From positions 1-48,961 of the forward strand of contig MHPP01000024.1 of assembly GCA_001822095.1 (NCBI GenBank): a DNA stretch of 48,961 nucleotides. Direction: 5' to 3'. Positions 41,701 to 48,835 of the stretch are shown here, piece by piece. Source of the DNA: Candidatus Staskawiczbacteria bacterium RIFOXYC1_FULL_38_18 (GTDB taxonomy: Bacteria > Patescibacteriota > Minisyncoccia > Minisyncoccales > Staskawiczbacteraceae). The first letter of the stretch is position 1, and each line of letters begins with the position of its first letter. Below the pieces are notes generated by a model that worked only from the letters and a program-made list of their open reading frames with translations, made no database searches and was not told the origin of the DNA. The position numbers and the translations under genes were made by a program.

Positions 41701-42168
41701 TTACTTTGATAAGATTTCTTTTATAACTTTTGAAATTTCGCTTCCTTCGGCTTTGCCCTTAACTTTTGGCATTAAATCGGCCATTATTTTGCCCGTTTCC
41801 TTAATCTCTTTGGCGCCGGTTTTAGCAATAGACTCTTCAACCAGTTTTTTTAAATCTTCGGAGGATAATTGTTCTGGCAAGTATTTTTGCAAAACTTCAA
41901 TTTCTTTTCTTTCTTTTTCTGCAAGCTCTAGCCGTTTGCCTTGCTCATAAAGCGCAATAGCGTCCCTTCTTTTTTTAATTTCAGAAGAAACCACGGCCTG
42001 TACCTCTTCATCTGTAAATTCCGGATCTTTTTCCAGAGACAATTTATATCTCTTTTCTTTTTCTTTTGAGGCAACAGATGCCAGCAACAAACGCAAAGTC
42101 GTTGTAGTTAAATTATCTCCTGCTTTCAGGGAATCAGTGGCGTCTTTGTGTATTTGTTGTTTAAGCAT
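41701..42168 (-). CDS. GatB/YqeY domain protein
   Basis: 155 aa. Typical YqeY helical pattern, in the classical position after rpsU. Confidence 0.85.
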   Translation of the reverse strand: MLKQQIHKDATDSLKAGDNLTTTTLRLLLASVASKEKEKRYKLSLEKDPEFTDEEVQAVVSSEIKKRRDAIALYEQGKRLELAEKERKEIEVLQKYLPEQLSSEDLKKLVEESIAKTGAKEIKETGKIMADLMPKVKGKAEGSEISKVIKEILSK

Positions 42169-42187
42169 AAGCGAGGTCGAGTGTAAA

Positions 42188-42409
42188 CTAAGCCTTTGGT
42201 TTTGCCAATTTTTCGGCTTTTCTTTTTTCGAGCCGCAACTCCACTCTTCTCAACGCGCCCCTCTTTTTTGCCAAAGCGGATTTTGATCTTTTGTGGAACT
42301 GATGTCCCCTTAACTGAAGCAAAACCCCCGATTGCCTTACGACCTTGGTAAATCGGTGCACCAAATTTTGCGAAGTTTCTTTGTCTTTTTTTGTAACCTG
42401 TAATGCCAT
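42188..42409 (-). CDS. rpsU: 30S ribosomal protein S21
   Basis: 73 aa, highly basic. ...LVHRFTKVVRQSGVL...KRSKSALAKKRGALRR. Confidence 0.8.
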   Translation of the reverse strand: MALQVTKKDKETSQNLVHRFTKVVRQSGVLLQLRGHQFHKRSKSALAKKRGALRRVELRLEKRKAEKLAKPKA

Positions 42410-42420
42410 ATGCGCAAATT

Positions 42421-43713
42421 TTAATTTTTTAATGATTTAATTTTTTCTTTCATCTCTTCTACGACCTTGTCTAATTTTATTTCTTTTTGGGTTCCTGTTT
42501 CCATATCCCTCAAAGTAATAAAATCTTCCAATGCTTCTTTTTGCCCAAAAATTAAAACCCATTTTGCCCCCATTTTGTCTGCAGATCTTAATTGGGCTTT
42601 TAAAGAATCCTTTGAAAACGACTCTGCCACAGGAATTTTTGCCGCCCTGAATTCTTCAAACAACTTCATTCCCTTTCTTTTTGCCATCTGCCCAAGCTGG
42701 GCCAAAAATATTTTTGCTTCCTCGGGCTTTTTGCTTTTGACAACCGCCTTATCTTCTCTGCTTCCCAGCAAATTTATTATTCTCTCCATTCCTCCCGCAA
42801 CCCCACAGGCAGGAGTGTCCCTGCCTCCTAAAATCTTTGACAAACCGTCATACCTTCCGCCTCCCATTAATGTGCCCTGCGCTTTTCCGTCTTCAGAATT
42901 TTCAATAATTTCAAAAACTGTTTTTGTGTAATAATCCAGCCCGCGCACCAAATATGGGTTTAATGTGTAAGGAAGTTCAAGCTCGTCTAAAAATTCCAAA
43001 ACATCCTTAAAATGGGCGTGGCAGTTTTCGCAAAGGTGGTCAATTATTTGAGGCGCTCCGGCTTTTACCCTTTGGCATTTTTCCTCTTTGCAGTCCAAAA
43101 TTCTTAATGGATTTTCTTTTAGCCTTCTCTGGCAATCCGGGCACAATGCGGCCCTGCGCGACTTAAAATAGCTTATCAATATCTTTTTAAAATATGGCCT
43201 ACATTCTGAGTCGCCAATTGAATTTACTTCAATTGAAATATTTTTAAACCCCAGCTCCTTCATTACGTCATAGCTCATTTGGATAATCTGGCTGTCCAAA
43301 GAAGCGTTTTGCTCTCCTAAAACTTCAAAGCCAAACTGGTTAAACTGCCTGTACCTTCCTGCCTGAGGCCTTTCGTGCCTAAAACACGGCCCCAAATACC
43401 ACAGCTTTATTGGCTGGGGCTGGTTGTGCATTCCGTGTTCAATATAGCTTCTCATTATTACGGGAGTATATTCGGGCCTTAGCGCAACCAAGTCGCCACC
43501 TTTTGTGCGAAATGTGTACATTTCTTTTTCAACAATATCTGTACCGCTTCCGGTGCCTTTTGAAAAAACTTCCGCAAACTCTAAAACAGGAGTTTCAATT
43601 CTTGAAAATCCGTGATATTTTGCCACGCTTTCAACCGTTTTTTGAACCTTGTTAAAATAAACAAAGTCCTCGGGCAGAATATCGTGCACTCCTGACAAGG
43701 TTTGATACTTCAT
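42421..43713 (-). CDS. hisS: histidine--tRNA ligase
   Basis: Start moved to MKYQTLSGVHDILPED. Class II motifs: LRPEYT, GPCFRHERPQAGRYRQF, GGGRYDGL. The track's longer N-terminus overlaps lepB. Confidence 0.92.
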   Translation of the reverse strand: MKYQTLSGVHDILPEDFVYFNKVQKTVESVAKYHGFSRIETPVLEFAEVFSKGTGSGTDIVEKEMYTFRTKGGDLVALRPEYTPVIMRSYIEHGMHNQPQPIKLWYLGPCFRHERPQAGRYRQFNQFGFEVLGEQNASLDSQIIQMSYDVMKELGFKNISIEVNSIGDSECRPYFKKILISYFKSRRAALCPDCQRRLKENPLRILDCKEEKCQRVKAGAPQIIDHLCENCHAHFKDVLEFLDELELPYTLNPYLVRGLDYYTKTVFEIIENSEDGKAQGTLMGGGRYDGLSKILGGRDTPACGVAGGMERIINLLGSREDKAVVKSKKPEEAKIFLAQLGQMAKRKGMKLFEEFRAAKIPVAESFSKDSLKAQLRSADKMGAKWVLIFGQKEALEDFITLRDMETGTQKEIKLDKVVEEMKEKIKSLKN

Positions 43714-43724
43714 TATTATGTGTT

Positions 43725-44330
43725 TTAATAACTGGGCCTTGGTATCACAAATAATTCTGTGACAGGGAAAAGCCTTAAAAATGCTTTGCCGACTAAATCT
43801 TTTTGCGGGACAACTCCCCACGCCCTTGAGTCGTAAGAATAATCTCGGTTGTCTCCCAACACAAAATATTCTTTTTCTTTTAAAGTTATTTTTATTTCAC
43901 CAATTGTTTTCAAATTATCTGGAAGATATTTTTCTTCCAAAATAGTTATTTTGCCGTCTTTTATTATTTCCACTTTTCCTCCGACAACATTAACCGTCTC
44001 TCCCGGAAGCCCAATAACTCTCTTTATAAATCTTTGCGACGTGTCTTTGGGAAAATCAAAAACAACAACGTCACCCCTTTGAGGGTTTGAAAGCCTGTAA
44101 GAAATTTCGTCAACAATTAAATAGTCTCCCGACTCAAAATTGGGCGCCATTGATTCTCCTTTTACAATAAACGGCTGGAATAAAAAATACCTTATTGGCA
44201 AAACTATTACCAGGGCAATTAAAGCTATTTTAAAAAGTTCCCAGGCAAAAGACAAATATTTTTTATACCCCACAATTTCTTTTTCAGGATCCTTTTCTTC
44301 AACGATATTATTAGTTTGATTGTTCTCCAT
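43725..44330 (-). CDS. lepB: signal peptidase I
   Basis: 201 aa. GESMAPNF, RGDVVVF, KRVIGLPGE, GDNRDYSYDSR. Confidence 0.9.
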   Translation of the reverse strand: MENNQTNNIVEEKDPEKEIVGYKKYLSFAWELFKIALIALVIVLPIRYFLFQPFIVKGESMAPNFESGDYLIVDEISYRLSNPQRGDVVVFDFPKDTSQRFIKRVIGLPGETVNVVGGKVEIIKDGKITILEEKYLPDNLKTIGEIKITLKEKEYFVLGDNRDYSYDSRAWGVVPQKDLVGKAFLRLFPVTELFVIPRPSY

Positions 44331-44383
44331 AATTTACATATTTTATCATACTTTTTATAGTATTGCAATACCCTTAAAAACAA

Positions 44384-44424
44384 TAAAAAAGGGTCGCAAG
44401 CAAACGCCATGTTTGCTGCGACCC
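44384..44424 (-). terminator. strong intrinsic terminator after GC13
   Basis: 14-bp stem gggtcgcaagcaaac/gtttgctgcgaccc (1 bulge) followed on the minus strand by T6. Confidence 0.75.
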
Positions 44425-44454
44425 CCGTGGGAAACCGCGAAGGCGAAGAAAGGG

Positions 44455-44865
44455 TTATCGGTTAAAGCAGGGCCGATGCCTCTTCAGCCAGCGACGGCGG
44501 CGCGGACGCCGCCTCCTTTGAGAGCGCTCTTTGCGCTTCAGTGTCGGGGCGACAAGGTCGGTTCTGCCAGCCAACAGCTCCACGAGCTCAAAATGGATTC
44601 CGACGTGGAACTTCTGCGAAAACCTCCACTTGATACTATGGATAGGCTCGGAAGGATCCGCATAGGCGAGAAACTCGCGCTGAGCGGAATCCATGCTACT
44701 CACGTGGCGAAGCACCGCTTTTCTTCGAAACGGCATACAAGATTCCTTCTTGCAAGAAACAGATCGGACAGAAAAGTGCCTCTTCTCTGTCCCGCCAAAA
44801 CGACAAAAAACTAGGATCACCCCCTTTCCCATTTCTTTGCCTTGTTGACAACGAACATATAACAC
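44455..44865 (-). CDS. GC13: hypothetical protein with Arg-rich tail (GC-rich cassette); start uncertain (GTG 44865 or ATG 44832)
   Basis: This is the only >=60-aa minus-strand ORF between a consensus promoter and a strong minus-strand terminator. The SD-proximal ATG (44858) is out of frame. Confidence 0.4.
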   Translation of the reverse strand: MLYVRCQQGKEMGKGVILVFCRFGGTEKRHFSVRSVSCKKESCMPFRRKAVLRHVSSMDSAQREFLAYADPSEPIHSIKWRFSQKFHVGIHFELVELLAGRTDLVAPTLKRKERSQRRRRPRRRRWLKRHRPCFNR

Positions 44866-44901
44866 CTCCCCTCTTTTGCCAAAGGAATGTATTATTAAAA
44901 A

Positions 44902-44930
44902 ATTATAGCTCTTGAAAAAGCCAAAGTCAA
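44902..44930 (-). promoter_or_regulatory. consensus sigma70 promoter for GC13 (TTGACT-17-TATAAT)
   Basis: TTGACT at 44930-25 and TATAAT at 44907-02. Confidence 0.65.
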
Positions 44931-44940
44931 TGTGTAGAAT
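44912..44940 (+). promoter_or_regulatory. pth promoter (TTGAAA-17-TAGAAT), near-leaderless
   Basis: The -10 ends 8 nt before the pth ATG (44949). It interdigitates with the GC13 promoter. Confidence 0.6.
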
Positions 44941-44948
44941 GATTAAAT

Positions 44949-45500
44949 ATGATAATAATAATTGGCCTGGGAAACCCGGGCAAAAAATTTGAAAACACCC
45001 GCCATAACGTTGGCTTTATGGCAATTGATGAATTTGCAAAAAAAAATAATTTTCCTGATTTTGTTTTAAATAAAAAAGCTAATGCATTAATTTCGGAAAA
45101 CAATAAAATTATTTTGGCAAAGCCCCAGACTTTTATGAACGAGTCAGGCAAGGCCGTCCGCGTTTTAACTAAACCCTACATCCTAAACCCTAAACCCTTG
45201 CTTGTTATTGTCCACGACGATATAGACCTAAAAGTCGGCAAAATAAAAATAGTAAAAGAGCGCGGTTCTGCCGGACATAAAGGCGTAGAGTCTATAATTA
45301 AAAATATCGGCAATGAAGGATTAATTAGAATAAGAATTGGAATAGGCGGACAAAATGATGTAAAGGCAATGAAAGTTGTTTTAAAAAAATTCTCAAAAAA
45401 CGAGCAAAAAATAATTAACGGAGTTATTTTCAAAACCACCGATGCGATAGATTCTCTAATAAAAAATGGCCATGAAAAAGCCACGAACGAGTTTAATTAA
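44949..45500 (+). CDS. pth: peptidyl-tRNA hydrolase
   Basis: 183 aa. IIIGLGNPGKKFENTRHNVGF ... HDDIDL ... GHKGVES. Confidence 0.92.
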   Translation: MIIIIGLGNPGKKFENTRHNVGFMAIDEFAKKNNFPDFVLNKKANALISENNKIILAKPQTFMNESGKAVRVLTKPYILNPKPLLVIVHDDIDLKVGKIKIVKERGSAGHKGVESIIKNIGNEGLIRIRIGIGGQNDVKAMKVVLKKFSKNEQKIINGVIFKTTDAIDSLIKNGHEKATNEFN

Positions 45501-45529
45501 TTGACAATTAATCTTCTTGGTGGCAATAT
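45501..45529 (+). promoter_or_regulatory. promoter for GC14 (TTGACA-17-TGgCAATAT)
   Basis: TTGACA starts immediately after the pth stop codon. Confidence 0.5.
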
Positions 45530-45655
45530 TAATCTAGCGGTATAAATAGCACCTTAAAATAAGATGCGCGACTTAGGCAATTGAATCCATCTGAAAAAAT
45601 TATGGGTGCAGTTGCGTGGGTCGCGTGTCAATCATCCAAAACATGGAGAGTCGTT

Positions 45656-46174
45656 ATGATCAAGCGCATTTTACTGATGGCGTTGATTATCGCGGCCATG
45701 ACGGCTGTGATGGCATGCTCCTCGGCGGTCGCGCAGGCAAAAAGACCAGCGCAACCATTTGTGGATACCGGGCCAATTTGGCAGGCTATTGCGCAACAGG
45801 AATTGCGGGAACAGCAAGAGTTCAGACTCTGGCAGCAACGCGGAATGACAACTCCCCAGATTTACTCCCAAACGCCAGCGAATCCGGCAAGAATGGCTGC
45901 CCAACTTCAGGCGGCGCGAGTGTGGGCATGGCAGCACAATCTGCCGCCCCCTTCCTCGTTTTCCCAGCAACAGCCAATGGTTGTTTACGACAATCAGCCC
46001 CAGCAAATGGCCCCGCAACAACGAACCCGACCCCAACCGAACGTTGTCCGCTCCGGCCCAAACGCAATGCCGGCAATGGGCTCTTTCATCTACGGCGCAA
46101 ACCGACCTGTGCAGACGTCTGCAAACAGAAATTGGCGGACGCCAACGGGACAGTCCGACCTACGCAAAAAATGA
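45656..46174 (+). CDS. GC14: secreted or lipoprotein-like Gln/Pro-rich hypothetical protein (GC-rich cassette)
   Basis: Internal ATG preceded by GGAGAG (45645-50). Signal peptide MIKRILLMALIIAAMTAVMACSS; Q/P-rich body. A terminator follows. Confidence 0.55.
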   Translation: MIKRILLMALIIAAMTAVMACSSAVAQAKRPAQPFVDTGPIWQAIAQQELREQQEFRLWQQRGMTTPQIYSQTPANPARMAAQLQAARVWAWQHNLPPPSSFSQQQPMVVYDNQPQQMAPQQRTRPQPNVVRSGPNAMPAMGSFIYGANRPVQTSANRNWRTPTGQSDLRKK

Positions 46175-46212
46175 CCGCGCCGACGCGTCGATATTGATTC
46201 TCCAGCTTCCAT

Positions 46213-46250
46213 GTCCTTTCCTTGCCAACCGGCAGGACAGGACTTTTTTT
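46213..46250 (+). terminator. intrinsic terminator after GC14
   Basis: gtcct..cttgcc-aacc-ggcagg..aggac two-part stem followed by T7. Confidence 0.6.
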
Positions 46251-46289
46251 GCTATTTTTCAATTTTCTAAGTATCATTATCATATAAAT

Positions 46290-48251
46290 ATGGATAGTTT
46301 GAATCAACTTTTAATAGTTGGAATACACCCCTACTTTTTGGAAAAGGAGGGGTCTTGGTATGCAGAAAATTTGGAAAAATTGCTTGATTCTCGCAATACT
46401 CAAACTTTTTTTGAGGATAACATAATTTTTTTGGAAAAAGACCATAGTTTTAATTTTTCGAGCTTCTTAAGAAAACTGGACGAAATGGGCTATGAAAAAG
46501 TTTTTAAGGTTACAGATCCCGGCGAATTTTCTCAGAAAGGCGGAATAATTGACGTATTCCCCATTAACACAAAAAATGCCGTGAGGCTGGATTTTTTAGG
46601 AAACGAGATTGATGAAATAAAAGTTTTAGATATTTTTGTTGCTGATGAGCAAAAATATAAAAATATTCTATTAAAAAAATTAAAGTCTCAAAAAATATTT
46701 TCTGAATTAAAAGGTCTAAAATCCGGAGACTATCTTGTTCATTTAGACCACGGCATAGGACGATTCTGCGGAATCGAGAAATTCGAAATCCATAATTCAA
46801 AATCAAAAACCGAATATTATGTGCTTGAATACGACAAAGAAGACAAGCTTTATGTCCCTTTGGGTTTGGAAAAAAAATTGTCGCGATACGTTGGTTTTAC
46901 CGATCCAAAAATTTCACGGCTTGGTTCGTCACTTTGGCAAAAAACAAAATATAAAATAAAAGAAGGGGTTGAAAAACTGGCAAAAGATCTTTTAGATCTT
47001 TACGCAAAAAAAGAAATTGTAAAACGCCCCATATATACAGAAGACAAAGAAATTGAGAGCCAATTGAGGGCGGGTTTTATATACGAGGAAACCCCCGACC
47101 AAATGCAGGCGATTGAGGATATTAAAAATGATTTGAGCAAAGAAACTCCAATGGACCGCATTGTTTGCGGAGACGTGGGCTTTGGAAAAACAGAGGTTGC
47201 CCTTCGCGCCGCCCTATTGGTAGCCGTCAATAGCAAACAAACAGCTTTAATTTGCCCAACAACAATTTTGGCAAACCAACATTTTAATAATTTTAAAAAA
47301 AGGTTTGAGAAGCTTCCCGTAAAAATTGCGATGATAACAAGGTTGCAAAACAAAAAAGAGCAGGAAAAAATAGCCGAAGAATTAAAGCAAGGGAAAATAG
47401 ACATTATCATTGGCACGCACAGGCTTTTGTCTCGAGATATAGAATTCAATAATTTACAGCTCTTAATAATTGATGATGAACAAAGATTTGGCGTGAAACA
47501 AAAAGAAAAATTAAGACAGATGAAGGTCAGTCTAGATGTTTTAAGCTTGTCGGCAACCCCTATTCCCCGCACAATTTATTTGGCGATGTCATCTTTCAAA
47601 TCCATCAGTTTGATGCAAACTCCCCCAAAAGGCAGGCTGGCTGTTAAAACAAAAGTTTTAGCATATGACAAAAAAGCAATTAAAAAAGCAATAAATTTAG
47701 AGCTTAAAAGAAAAGGGCAAATCTATTATTTGCACAACAGAATACAAACTATAGAAAAAACTGGGCACGAAATAAAAAAACTTTGCCGTAAAGCAAAAAT
47801 TAGCTTAATCCACGGCAGGATGCCAGAAATCAAATTGATAAAAATAATGGACGACTTCCAAAAAGGAAAAACAAATGTTTTACTGGCAACCACAATAATT
47901 GAAAACGGATTGGATATGCCAAACGTAAATACGATTATTATAGAAGACTCCACACGGCTTGGGCTTTCACAGGCGCATCAGATAAGGGGAAGAGTTGGCA
48001 GAAGCGACAGAGAAAGCTTTGCATATTTTTTCTATGATAAAAAATCCTTAACGCCCATGGCAAACGAAAGATTAAAAGCTCTCCAAGACAGCCAAGAATT
48101 GGGAGCCGGCTACAGAATTGCAATCCGCGACTTGGAGCTCCGTGGAGCAGGAAATATTTTGGGCAGAGAGCAATCTGGCGCCATAAACAAAATCGGGCTT
48201 AATTTATATTCTCAAATTTTAAGCGAGGCAGTTGAGAAGATGCGAGCATAA
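46290..48251 (+). CDS. mfd: transcription-repair coupling factor Mfd, minimal form
   Basis: Start moved to MDSLNQLL (ATG 46290). The track's upstream extension runs through GC14 and its terminator. CarD/TRCF domain GDYLVHLDHGIGRF; helicase motifs GDVGFGKTEVA, DDEQRFGV, QIRGRVGRS. Confidence 0.9.
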   Translation: MDSLNQLLIVGIHPYFLEKEGSWYAENLEKLLDSRNTQTFFEDNIIFLEKDHSFNFSSFLRKLDEMGYEKVFKVTDPGEFSQKGGIIDVFPINTKNAVRLDFLGNEIDEIKVLDIFVADEQKYKNILLKKLKSQKIFSELKGLKSGDYLVHLDHGIGRFCGIEKFEIHNSKSKTEYYVLEYDKEDKLYVPLGLEKKLSRYVGFTDPKISRLGSSLWQKTKYKIKEGVEKLAKDLLDLYAKKEIVKRPIYTEDKEIESQLRAGFIYEETPDQMQAIEDIKNDLSKETPMDRIVCGDVGFGKTEVALRAALLVAVNSKQTALICPTTILANQHFNNFKKRFEKLPVKIAMITRLQNKKEQEKIAEELKQGKIDIIIGTHRLLSRDIEFNNLQLLIIDDEQRFGVKQKEKLRQMKVSLDVLSLSATPIPRTIYLAMSSFKSISLMQTPPKGRLAVKTKVLAYDKKAIKKAINLELKRKGQIYYLHNRIQTIEKTGHEIKKLCRKAKISLIHGRMPEIKLIKIMDDFQKGKTNVLLATTIIENGLDMPNVNTIIIEDSTRLGLSQAHQIRGRVGRSDRESFAYFFYDKKSLTPMANERLKALQDSQELGAGYRIAIRDLELRGAGNILGREQSGAINKIGLNLYSQILSEAVEKMRA

Positions 48252-48275
48252 AAAAAGCGAAGGTGTTTCCTTCGC
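48250..48275 (-). terminator. intrinsic terminator after GC15 (hairpin shared with the mfd 3-prime end)
   Basis: gcgaagg-tgttt-ccttcgc followed on the minus strand by T7. Confidence 0.65.
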
Positions 48276-48295
48276 GCTTTGCCGGATTTCTTCGG

Positions 48296-48709
48296 CTATC
48301 GTTGAGAGTCGCGCGCCCTCGCTTCGTCAAGCAATTTCCACCTTTGGCCCAAATTGCGATCTGGCACGCCAAATAGGATATTGACTTTGCGAACCAAATC
48401 TCGACCTTCTTTCTCGGCTCCTTCCACTGATGCGATTTGTTCAGCACACCACTGTCGCAACTTTCCAAATGTGTCGATGTTAATCGGCACTCGCTTTCCA
48501 ACGGCAACGCCAGACTTTATGGAAAGGACGTAGTGCGTCTTTGACACCATTGTTGCGTACACAAGTTGCAACGTCCCGTCTAAGTGACCTAAGTGCGCTT
48601 CGCAATCGGCACGAGGAAAATTAACCGGGATTTTGTCGCTGTCAGAAAAAGAATCCGCGACAACAAGCGTTTCACCATACATGCTCAGCCGGATCGATTC
48701 AACCGACAT
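48296..48709 (-). CDS. GC15: hypothetical protein (GC-rich cassette)
   Basis: 137 aa from the internal ATG (MSVESIRLSMYGE...), with AAGGAG (48717-22) 7 nt upstream. Own promoter and terminator. Confidence 0.6.
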   Translation of the reverse strand: MSVESIRLSMYGETLVVADSFSDSDKIPVNFPRADCEAHLGHLDGTLQLVYATMVSKTHYVLSIKSGVAVGKRVPINIDTFGKLRQWCAEQIASVEGAEKEGRDLVRKVNILFGVPDRNLGQRWKLLDEARARDSQR

Positions 48710-48752
48710 GGCTTTTCTCCTTGACAATGACCTGTGGTTTAGACCGGTTTTT

Positions 48753-48780
48753 ATATTACTCCAAAACCTAAAAATTGCAA
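48753..48780 (-). promoter_or_regulatory. promoter for GC15 (TTGCAA-16-TAATAT)
   Basis: The palindromic TTGCAA at 48775-80 is shared as the -35 with the divergent topA promoter. Confidence 0.5.
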
Positions 48781-48804
48781 ACATACGTATATTTCTGTTA
48801 TAGT
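48775..48804 (+). promoter_or_regulatory. topA promoter (TTGCAA-18-TGtTATAGT)
   Basis: Extended -10 TGTTATAGT at 48796-48804. Confidence 0.5.
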
Positions 48805-48835
48805 GAACAAAAATAATAGTAAAAAATAAAACGAG

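Noticed and set aside
43714-43821. N-terminal extension of hisS (466-aa version) overlapping lepB.
   Set aside because: The extension (MGSCPAKRFSRQ...) is the antisense or other-frame read of the lepB 3-prime end. HisRS homology starts at MKYQTLSGVHD.
44320-44814. Plus-strand 164-aa ORF antisense to GC13.
   Set aside because: It starts inside lepB and runs through the strong minus-strand terminator. The promoter and terminator geometry supports minus-strand transcription. I cannot fully exclude it without homologues.
45981-46289. Upstream extension of the mfd ORF (756-aa version).
   Set aside because: It reads through the 3-prime part of GC14 in another frame and through its terminator (46213-50). 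Recognisable Mfd sequence begins only at MDSLNQLL (46290), preceded by an AT-rich -10-like CATATAAAT abutting the ATG.
2714-48780. Explaining the GC-rich segments as simple metagenome mis-assembly (chimeric joins).
   Set aside because: That would require about 22 independent joins. Most of these fall exactly between a terminator or promoter and a core gene, with AT-rich promoter sequences contiguous with the GC-rich ORFs. This is implausible but cannot be excluded without read data, so it is listed as a required check.
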